A stretch of 13,211 nucleotides of DNA, taken from contig CAZMGY010000014.1 of the NCBI GenBank assembly GCA_964565945.1, positions 1 to 13,211 of the forward strand, in the 5' to 3' direction. The notes under the pieces were generated by a model that was given only the letters and a program-made list of their open reading frames with translations, searched no databases and was not told the origin of the DNA. The DNA is from an uncultured bacterium. GTDB lineage: Bacteria; GCA-001730085. The position numbers and the translations under genes were made by a program. Positions 1 to 7,700 of this stretch are shown here, in pieces; within the stretch, counting starts at the first letter, position 1, and every line of letters starts with the position of its first letter.

Positions 1-48
1 AGAAGCTTACCAAATACATCTGCAGAATTCTAAACTCATTTAATCTAT

Positions 49-1464
49 TTAAAGTTTCATAATCAGAAACAATTGCCTATACACTGGGAACCCTGTTGCG
101 TCTTCCGACATAACAGAAGGGGGATCGTAATTAACAGACCCATAATAGCTCATTCTAGGGACTCTTGTTACTGCTGCAGGGAACATATGGCGATGCTCAA
201 CTGGTGTCGACCAAATATATTGATGTCTTGGGGACGAACCCTTAGGTCTAACCCAGTGATTATTCAGCGAACTTGAGGTTGTGTTCTGGTAGGTTCGTCC
301 CCAATCTCCAACAGCATGTCCATGTGATATATCAATGAGGATCTCAGGATGATCGTAAGTATGAGTATGGCCCAAAGCCACTTTAGATGCTTCAATAACG
401 GCCTTATTCGTCACACTCGAAGCACCTCGTATGAATTCCCCTCTTAAATCAGGGGTCCCATGTAGTCCATTGCACAAGACCCAACCTTGAGGAATAGAGC
501 TTAATGTTCCTCGGTAAGAAGCAATCACACCCGATGGCAAAATATCATCACCGTTTTCGAAAATGCGACCTTCTGTGGTCAAGTCAACATCATGGGATCC
601 AGCTCCAATCTTAACATTACCCGTTTCACCTTCGATCATCAGAATAGGCTCACGTCCATCTATACGAGAATAGGACTCGACCACAAGTCCACGTTTTTTC
701 CAAATACCATTTCTACGTACCGAACCACCAACACGAAAACGCAAAGCATCACCATTAAACTTGGCTAAATTCTTCACTTGATCACCACCAGCTGGAGCTC
801 TTCGACCAGCAATAGCTTTACCCGCTCCAGAATCACTCACATACATGCCCCAAAAATTGTCCCCTGCAGACATAAGATTGTTAAAAAAAACTTTTTGACT
901 CACATGCAAATCTCCTGCAACCCTAATCTCTGCCGCAGAGGTCGTCGAACGTTCCACTTTTTTGTACTTGGTTGTCGACTCATTTTGACCTGCAGAAATA
1001 AAAATATCATGTTCCGTTCTGAGCGCTACAACACTGTCCGAGGCACGAACACTGTTGAATTCGCCAATCAAAGCATTCAGATGCGACCCCATATAAACTC
1101 CGCTGTTATTTTCAGAAAAAACAATTGAACCACCCGAAATATCGATATAGCTGTTCACCTGATTGATTGTTTTTTTGTTACCAGTGACGGGGTAGGGTTC
1201 AACTAGTTCATTCAAAATATACAAACCCTTATGAAACACAACAGGCTTAAGGTTCACTGTTTTTAAGTCCCCCTTCACACCATAAATCGAACCTGCTACG
1301 TTCAAATTATTGGCAAATAATAATTCAAAGTCGCCAAAGGGCGCAGGAACAAAACGCGAAATCTCGAGCTTCCTCTTTTTCGCCCAAAGAGAATCTTGCC
1401 CGATCATCATCAACGTAAGTAACATCACTGCAAAAATTTTAAGATTCCATCGTATCATTTTCAT
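49..1464 (-). CDS. Secreted tail-fibre-tip / tail-collar-domain-like protein (third, most downstream paralog)
   Basis: The long ORF 49..1479 starts in the track at a GTG (1479) that overlaps the upstream gene's stop. The ATG at 1462-1464 is preceded by GAGGGGTGAT (SD-like). It gives MKMIRWNLKIFAVMLLTLMMIGQDSLWA, which has a basic n-region, a hydrophobic core and an A-x-A-like end. The C-terminal third reads ILPSGVIASYRG..IPQGWVLCNGLHGTPDLRGEFIRGA, followed by HTH, HGH and HRH motifs, and ends in FLIMKL. It shares clear architecture and motifs with the two upstream genes. Confidence 0.85.
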   Translation of the reverse strand: MKMIRWNLKIFAVMLLTLMMIGQDSLWAKKRKLEISRFVPAPFGDFELLFANNLNVAGSIYGVKGDLKTVNLKPVVFHKGLYILNELVEPYPVTGNKKTINQVNSYIDISGGSIVFSENNSGVYMGSHLNALIGEFNSVRASDSVVALRTEHDIFISAGQNESTTKYKKVERSTTSAAEIRVAGDLHVSQKVFFNNLMSAGDNFWGMYVSDSGAGKAIAGRRAPAGGDQVKNLAKFNGDALRFRVGGSVRRNGIWKKRGLVVESYSRIDGREPILMIEGETGNVKIGAGSHDVDLTTEGRIFENGDDILPSGVIASYRGTLSSIPQGWVLCNGLHGTPDLRGEFIRGASSVTNKAVIEASKVALGHTHTYDHPEILIDISHGHAVGDWGRTYQNTTSSSLNNHWVRPKGSSPRHQYIWSTPVEHRHMFPAAVTRVPRMSYYGSVNYDPPSVMSEDATGFPVYRQLFLIMKL

Positions 1465-1475
1465 AGCATCACCCC

Positions 1476-2990
1476 TCACGTCTTCATCAAAAAGATAACT
1501 CTTGCAAAAGCTGGAAGTTCCTCCTCAGCACCAGAACTCCCACGGGATAAACTCCTACTGGCGGGTGCAGTCTTGACCTCGCCGCTGTACATCGGAAGAT
1601 CATAAACAACTTTACGACCAGAGGTCCCCATCAAATGCCCATGCAAAATAGGGAGCGCTCTCCATTGGGGAGTTGCAGTTGACGCCCAACCGCTATGGTA
1701 TTGGTTTCCATCAAAGTTGAACTTGGTGAAATTTCGATCCATCGTACTAGAACCAGCGTTATAAATCCCTTGGGTTGACGTCATACCACCTGAAAGAGAC
1801 GTCCACTTCATAGGAACAAAACCATTGACAGAGTTGTGATCGTGGTCAATCGAATAATTAAACTGAGGACGAGAGATCCAGTGCTGATGAGTATCATCAC
1901 CAAAAGAAGGGTGCCGATTAGTCCCATCAACTAGGGTAGATACGCCAGCAGGCGCACTCCGAAAAAAACTATCAACCATATCAGGGGTAGGAACCCCATT
2001 CACAACCTGTCCGTTACAGACAACCCATTCATTCCCAGAAGGGGGTGTATTACCTATGAATCCTACGATAAGCCCTGGAGGAACTAATTGTTGATTATTT
2101 TGCACAGCATACGTACCTGTGATGTCTAAATCGCCACTAATATAGATGGCACCATCGCTATCACGAATGGACATGAGCGTTTTATCAACATCATCTTCAA
2201 TAATCAAACCTGATGTTGCCCTGTCATCGGTGCGAATATAAAGATCATTTTTAAATGCTGGCTTTGTGGAATTTTGACCAATGCTGGCTTCCGAGCTAAT
2301 CGACCACACATTATCTGTACTGGAAAATCTCACACGTGGTATCGATACTTTGTCTCCCAAAAGATGAACGGTACCACTACCAGCATTATCAACAAAACGC
2401 CAGTTGGGCGCATCATCCGTTCCTAAAGAGGAGTTGACAGTGCTACTAGCACCTGGTTGAAGATAAATTTTTCCACGACTTCTTAACGAAATCGGCTCAC
2501 TAAATGCATTAACATCATTATTGAACACTAAGCCGTTGAATGAGTTCTGAAAAAATAAACCGCCACTTAGGCTATGATTATCAAACCGAAACTCTACTTT
2601 GTCCGATCTAAACATAATAAAATTAGACATTTGATCGTAAGTCTTAGCCGAATAAGGCTTTAAAAGCTCATTGGTCACACGAATCTCTTTAGGAATATAC
2701 AAAGGTTTCAAATCTTCTAACCGGCTCGGTGTCGAAAACAAGTCTGGAAGAGCACTGAGCACACCCGAAACCCAAAGCGTATTGGCTGTAATGTTGGCAT
2801 AATCACCCTCGGGTCCAGGGGTCGAATTGTAAAATTCCCTATTAATAATGTCTGCATTAGCAGATCCTTGCGCCGTCAAGGTGCTATTTCCAGTAGAAGC
2901 ATCATTGTCCACACTTTCAATAGAATAGACAGGAGAAACAAAAACTAATAGCATCAAACTTATTAAGCTATAAAAAAATCTGCATTTCAT
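1476..2990 (-). CDS. Secreted tail-fibre-tip / tail-collar-domain-like protein (second paralog)
   Basis: The ORF 1476..3014 starts in the track at a GTG at 3014. The ATG at 2988-2990 is preceded by GAGTGAGGTGTGAT and gives MKCRFFYSLISLMLLVFVSPVYS, a signal-peptide-like N-terminus. The C-terminal part reads LVPPGLIVGFIG..PSGNEWVVCNGQVVNGVPTPDMVDSFFRSA, followed by HQH, HDH and HGH motifs, and ends in VIFLMKT. Confidence 0.85.
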   Translation of the reverse strand: MKCRFFYSLISLMLLVFVSPVYSIESVDNDASTGNSTLTAQGSANADIINREFYNSTPGPEGDYANITANTLWVSGVLSALPDLFSTPSRLEDLKPLYIPKEIRVTNELLKPYSAKTYDQMSNFIMFRSDKVEFRFDNHSLSGGLFFQNSFNGLVFNNDVNAFSEPISLRSRGKIYLQPGASSTVNSSLGTDDAPNWRFVDNAGSGTVHLLGDKVSIPRVRFSSTDNVWSISSEASIGQNSTKPAFKNDLYIRTDDRATSGLIIEDDVDKTLMSIRDSDGAIYISGDLDITGTYAVQNNQQLVPPGLIVGFIGNTPPSGNEWVVCNGQVVNGVPTPDMVDSFFRSAPAGVSTLVDGTNRHPSFGDDTHQHWISRPQFNYSIDHDHNSVNGFVPMKWTSLSGGMTSTQGIYNAGSSTMDRNFTKFNFDGNQYHSGWASTATPQWRALPILHGHLMGTSGRKVVYDLPMYSGEVKTAPASRSLSRGSSGAEEELPAFARVIFLMKT

Positions 2991-3006
2991 ATCACACCTC
3001 ACTCTT

Positions 3007-4509
3007 TTACACACTTGCTAATTTTACAATGAACACAACATCGGCTCTTGGTAAGTTCCAATAGTTACTTCCCGATGTTGCACCATTAAAGGTAACAACT
3101 CTAGGGAGAGTCCTAAGTGGAGATTCAGGAATATCCACTTGCACAGTCCTGTTCCCAAGATGATGATAATGGTCCATGGACCCCACAGCTATGCCCGAGG
3201 GAGCGTGCGGACCAACTTTTAAAAAACAATAGTAAGGGGTATATCCATCATAGTTTGACGAATATCCAGACTCTGTTTGAAAGCTTTCGACTTGATAAGC
3301 CTTATATGCACCGCTTACAAGCCTGGTATTAGGCCAACCTATACTGCCACTCACTTTCCTGCCTCCATCATAGATGTTTGTGACCGTTCGAGCTCCCCAA
3401 ACAGAAGTGGTTTTCAAATCAATAAGCCCAAAAGATCCTGCAGGATGCTTATGCGTAACATCTGGATTGGATATAGCATTAGGTGTATGAAAATGGCTAT
3501 GGGGGGCACCTCCTCCAAAATCAGATACCTGAGGAAGCGGGCGTCCTCTTAAAAAACGACCAACAAGATTGGGGGTTACGTAGCCATTACTAAGTACTTG
3601 CCCATTGCACACGGCCCATCCTGAAGGGACCGAAGTTCCACAAAACATCATAATAGTCCCTGCTGGAACAATGTTTTGACCATTAATTTTAACCCTCTTC
3701 TTAACATATATATTGCCGCGCATAGTTACTTTGTCATTCGCAGGATCAACTTTAAGAGTCACTTCATTATTATCATTTTTAACAATTAACAAGCCTTGTT
3801 CATCTTTATTAACCGATAAAACAATTGCCTCGTCAAAACCAGCAGAGTTAATATTCTTTACGATCATCTGAGGAGACACATGCGAATTTCTTTTTTTATG
3901 CTCAAAATTAATAGGCATTTTTGTACGAAACTTCAGATTTCCTTGAACATACACATCTCCAGTAGGACTACTTTTATCCCAATGCTTATAATGACCTGGT
4001 GATTGAGAAAATAAAGGCTGCAAAAATACAGACCCTGTACTTCTTAATTGCATACCTGCGTCACTACCAGTCGTGTCGGTCAAAAGACCTACGCGTTGGT
4101 TATGTGCATAAATACCAGAAGATCGGGAAAACATCATTTTATTCGACAATAACGATAAAGAATCATTTGAAGCGGAAAGCACTGTATCCAAAACGGTATA
4201 AACATTATCGTCCGTTGGGATAATATCTCCCACAACAAAACCTTTATGAAGGTTCACTTTATTTATTTGGGCTAAAGAACTCACAGTGCTACTTTCAGTA
4301 TTGTAAATTCCACCAATCATTTTGAGACCATAGGTTCTCACACGACCATATTTGGCATAAGGAGTGGGGTAAAACGTGGTCGTAAAATGCTTTCGCACAG
4401 TCTTAGAATCTCCATAAACAGGGGCATCTAAGGCTAAATTTAAACCGAACACTAGAATCATTGACAGTGCATGACAACGTTGGACTTGAACTTTAAATTG
4501 AACATTCAT
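3007..4509 (-). CDS. Secreted tail-fibre-tip / tail-collar-domain-like protein (first paralog)
   Basis: The ORF 3007..4614 has a 35-codon N-terminal extension in the track that starts at a GTG and runs through a promoter-like region. The ATG at 4507-4509 is preceded by GGGGTGAAGAT and gives MNVQFKVQVQRCHALSMILVFGLNLALDA, which is signal-peptide-like. The C-terminal part reads IVPAGTIMMFCGTSVPSGWAVCNGQVLSNGYVTPNLVGRFLRGR, followed by HSHFH, HKH and HYHH motifs, and ends in VVFIVKLASV. Confidence 0.85.
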   Translation of the reverse strand: MNVQFKVQVQRCHALSMILVFGLNLALDAPVYGDSKTVRKHFTTTFYPTPYAKYGRVRTYGLKMIGGIYNTESSTVSSLAQINKVNLHKGFVVGDIIPTDDNVYTVLDTVLSASNDSLSLLSNKMMFSRSSGIYAHNQRVGLLTDTTGSDAGMQLRSTGSVFLQPLFSQSPGHYKHWDKSSPTGDVYVQGNLKFRTKMPINFEHKKRNSHVSPQMIVKNINSAGFDEAIVLSVNKDEQGLLIVKNDNNEVTLKVDPANDKVTMRGNIYVKKRVKINGQNIVPAGTIMMFCGTSVPSGWAVCNGQVLSNGYVTPNLVGRFLRGRPLPQVSDFGGGAPHSHFHTPNAISNPDVTHKHPAGSFGLIDLKTTSVWGARTVTNIYDGGRKVSGSIGWPNTRLVSGAYKAYQVESFQTESGYSSNYDGYTPYYCFLKVGPHAPSGIAVGSMDHYHHLGNRTVQVDIPESPLRTLPRVVTFNGATSGSNYWNLPRADVVFIVKLASV

Positions 4510-4545
4510 ATCTTCACCCCACACATTAACTCCAACTTCTAAAAT

Positions 4546-4575
4546 AGCATACCATACGTCGCACTGAAAAATCAA
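4546..4575 (-). promoter_or_regulatory. Putative sigma70-type promoter for the first fibre-tip-like gene (TTGATT-18-TATGCT)
   Basis: The minus strand reads ttgatt tttcagtgcgacgtatgg tatgct about 37 nt upstream of ATG 4509. The same hexamers are conserved in the duplicated copy. Confidence 0.45.
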
Positions 4576-4629
4576 ATAATACCAACAAATACCAATACAA
4601 TCAAGTAATAACACTTTGAGATTATAATG

Positions 4630-4745
4630 AATGTTGGACTTGAACTAATGTTGGAGTTGAACTTTAAATTGAACATTCATATTTTCACCCCGCACATTAA
4701 CTTTGGCTTCTAAGATAGCATACGTCGCACTGAGAGATTATCAAG
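4630..4745 (-). repeat. Duplicated copy of the promoter / RBS / first codons of the 3007..4509 gene (original at ~4478..4575)
   Basis: The segment 4647..4738 aligns by eye over ~92 bp with 4478..4569. The aligned elements are tttaaattgaacattcata-t-ttcacccc-cacattaac...ttcta-a-atagcata...cgtcgcactga. An extra 17-bp internal duplication (aatgttggacttgaac / taatgttggagttgaac) is present. The copy retains -35, -10, SD and ATG (4678-4680), but the reading frame stops after 11 codons (MNVQFKVQLQH*, 4645..4680). Confidence 0.85.
4717..4744 (-). promoter_or_regulatory. Putative duplicated promoter (TTGATA-16-TATGCT) upstream of the 11-codon relic ORF
   Basis: The minus strand reads ttgata atctctcagtgcgacg tatgct. 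Its geometry relative to ATG 4680 matches that of the proximal copy relative to ATG 4509. Confidence 0.4.
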
Positions 4746-4749
4746 TTAA

Positions 4750-4765
4750 CATAATATATATTATG
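4750..4765. repeat. Perfect 16-bp AT-rich palindrome CATAATATATATTATG in the giant-gene / fibre-gene intergenic region
   Basis: The sequence is self-complementary as read. It lies 24 nt downstream of the giant gene's stop codon and just upstream of the distal promoter copy. Its function is unknown. Confidence 0.9.
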
Positions 4766-4788
4766 CGACACTCTAACAACGCCCCTTC

Positions 4789-7700
4789 TTAGGCGCTATA
4801 CAAGGTCGAGTTCCGTTCAAACGTTCGAGCTAAGCTTACTCCTTCAACGAGCGGTGTTCCCTCAATAAGTTGAGAGAAAGATGCCCCTCCAGCCTTAGCA
4901 TCCAACGTGATTTCAGCCATATTAATCAATAATAATAGCTTTTGAACAAGTCTCTGAAGATCTTCGTTACCAATAGCTTGGACCCGCTTAATAGCCGCAC
5001 TCAAAGCCTCTACCGAATCACTAGGAAGAGCCAGTATATCTAAACCCAGATCTGTAAGCTCACCAAGAGAATCCTGGTAGCCCCTTAATCCTACCACTAA
5101 AGCTTTCAAGTTGGACACCTCCATGTTAGCCATTGCTAAAGCATGAACCTTAGCATTGAATAGTCCAAGAGCTATAATATACTCCTTAGTGTCCGCCGTA
5201 ATAGCTTTAGAAGTTAAACCATATTGTAGAAGCATTTCTGCCTCCGAAACAACCGCAGCTTTTGTCATCATCGAAGCTTTGATAGCTTCAAACAAAGCCG
5301 TATATTCAAACACCGCCTCCGAAGGAAAGCTTTCTTTAACGCGAACAACTCCAACCCAACGACTCCTTTCGGGACTCCAGCGAGTAACACCCGCAAACGG
5401 ACTATCCTCTGATTTATCAGTAAGATAAACTGTTTCTGTTTTCAAAGCAGCACGATCATTTTCTCTAAACTTAACTTGTTTTTTAGTTATACCCTCAGCG
5501 CGAGTATCAAAAGGATTAGCTTTACCTTTAAATCCTTGAACACGAGCAGCAGCTTCTGGGCTTACCAATTCTCCTCCCAAATCTAAGGCTAAAAGACTAG
5601 CACTCACTCTCTCTTCTTGCTTACCAGCTTGATTGCGACTTAAAAAGGCCTCAAAACGATCCTGCGTTACCAAGGGCCTTATATTCTCTGCAATTTTTCC
5701 ATAAAAAAGCTTGGTATTATCTGATTTTGAAAATTCAAATACTTCAGAACTATCTTTTTTATACAATTCTACAGAGGACTCTCCAGATTTAACCATGAGC
5801 AAAGCATAGACCGCCACAAGCTCGTCTGTTGTAGCTGCAATCAGGTTATCAAGATCTTTTTTAATTTGAGAACGAATTGCTTTTTTTGTTAGCGCAGTTG
5901 CACTCAAGTCATCCACCGACTTTTCCCACCGTACTAAGTTAAAAGTCTTTGACTTAGTCACCTCACTTGACGCCCCATCTTCTTGTTCAGCTTTTGCGTT
6001 CACCTTTAGAAATTCATTGTAATTCGCTGTATTCAGGTAGGGCTTTAGAGCCTCTTGAATTTCTTTATAACGCCACTTTGTTTTTGAAACTTTAACTGTT
6101 CCACCATTTTTTAGGTGCACTGTTCGATCGGAAGTACCAGCTTTAGCCCTAATCAAAGCATAGGCCGCCTCCTGCCTATTATATGTCTCAAATCCAACCC
6201 GGCCCTCAAGCCCTCTTTGAATTTGCCCAGAGAGTCCAGCTCTCGCTTGCTCAGGTGCATCCAATGATTGCACCACCTCTTCCCAAGTCTTTGACTTAGT
6301 ACGGGATGTCTGATTACTTACTCCAGGATCGTTCTCTTTCACCTTCTGTTTACCTCGTGCGTTCAGGGCTAAAAATTTAGTGTAAGCCCTTATATCCACG
6401 GAGAGCCGTAGATCGTCTGCAATTTTTCCATAAAAAAGCCTGTTATTTGATAGGCTTGAAACTTTTAATATTTCACCACTTATTGTCTTCAAGGTTGGTA
6501 CCTCGGACCTACCAGCTTTAACTATGAGCAAAGCATAGGCCGCCTCCTGCCTATATCCCTCAAATCCAACCAGGCTCTCAAGGTCTCTTTGAATTTGCGC
6601 AGAGAGTCCTTGTTTTCCCCCCGAAGTTATATCCAACGCTTGCACCGCCTCTTCCCAAGTCTTTGAATTATTCGCCTTACTTGACGCCCCATCTTCTTGT
6701 TCAGCTTTTGCGTTCACCTTTAGAAATTCATTGTAATTCGCTGTATTCAGGTAGGGCTTTAGAGCCTCTTGAATTTCTTTATAACGCCTCTTTGTTTTTG
6801 AAACTTTAACTGTTCCACCATTTTTGCGGTTCACTTTTTGATTGGAAGTACCAGCTTTAGCCATGATCAAAGCATAGGCCGCCGCCTCCCTATCTGTCTC
6901 AAATCCAACCAGGCTCTCAAGCTCTCTTTGAATTTGCCCAGAAAGTCCCTCTTTTACTTCGGCAGTTGCATCCAACGTTTGCACCGCCGCTTCCCAAGTT
7001 TTTGAGTCATTCGCCCTACTTGACGTCCCATCTTCCTGTTTACCTTTTGCGTTCAGATCTAGAAAGGCAAAATAATGCTCTGTATTCAGGCGGGAGGGGT
7101 CTAAACCCTCCGCGATTAAGCGATAGAACCACTGCTTTGCTAGTGAAGGCTCAACTATCCTACCATCTCTTAGCTTCAATTCTCGCTTGGGGGAAGAAGC
7201 AGGCGCATTTGAAACCAAAGGAATATCAGCTCTAGCCAGCATGAAAGCATAGGCCGCCTCCTCCTTATACTCCTCAAATCCAACCAGGTTCTTAAAAGCT
7301 CTTTTAAGGTTCGCAGAGACTTTGCTTTTCGTCACCTCATTTATAACAGTCAACCCTTGCAACACGTCTTCCCAAGTCTTTGAATCATTGGCCTTACTTG
7401 ACGTCGCACCTTCCTGTTCACCTGCATCGAATTGGGCAAGTTCATTTTTTGCGTTCAGCTCTAGAAATTGCTTGTACTTTGGTCTACCTATTATACTGGG
7501 ATCTAGGGCATTTAAGATGCCTTGATAGGCCCACCAGATGTCCGAAGATTTAACTGTTCCACCACCTCTTAGCTTCAATTCTTGATTGCCAAGCCCCTTC
7601 GGAGTCGCTCCTTTCTTCCCAGTCAAAGATGAACCAGTTCTAAGCAGGATCAAAGCATAGAGCGCCTCACTCGCATATTGCTCAGATCCAACAATGTTCT

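Noticed and set aside
3-30. Cluster of HindIII (aagctt), PstI (ctgcag) and EcoRI (gaattc) sites resembling a cloning-vector polylinker
   Set aside because: The arrangement does not match any polylinker I know. The sites are separated by ordinary AT-rich sequence directly following a native stop codon. Chance occurrence is most likely.
883-890. Homopolymer tracts in the paralogs as phase-variation switches (A8 at 883-890, T7 at 3891-3897, A7 at 2972-2978, a T7 run near 1165-1175)
   Set aside because: Runs of 7-8 nt encoding Lys/Phe codons are expected in AT-rich coding DNA. All are currently in frame, and there is no population data to indicate length variation.
1375-1386. KKRK immediately after the predicted signal-peptide cleavage site of the 49..1464 protein as a eukaryotic nuclear localisation signal
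   Set aside because: Four basic residues are too short to be specific, and the motif is absent from the two paralogs.
49-4614. Prophage or tailocin tail-fibre genes
   Set aside because: The C-terminal domains look like phage fibre tips. However, every protein has a Sec-type signal peptide, and no other phage, baseplate or sheath genes occur in 13 kb. The upstream neighbour is a giant repeat protein rather than a tail module. A cellular, domesticated role seems more likely, though flanks outside the window could change this.
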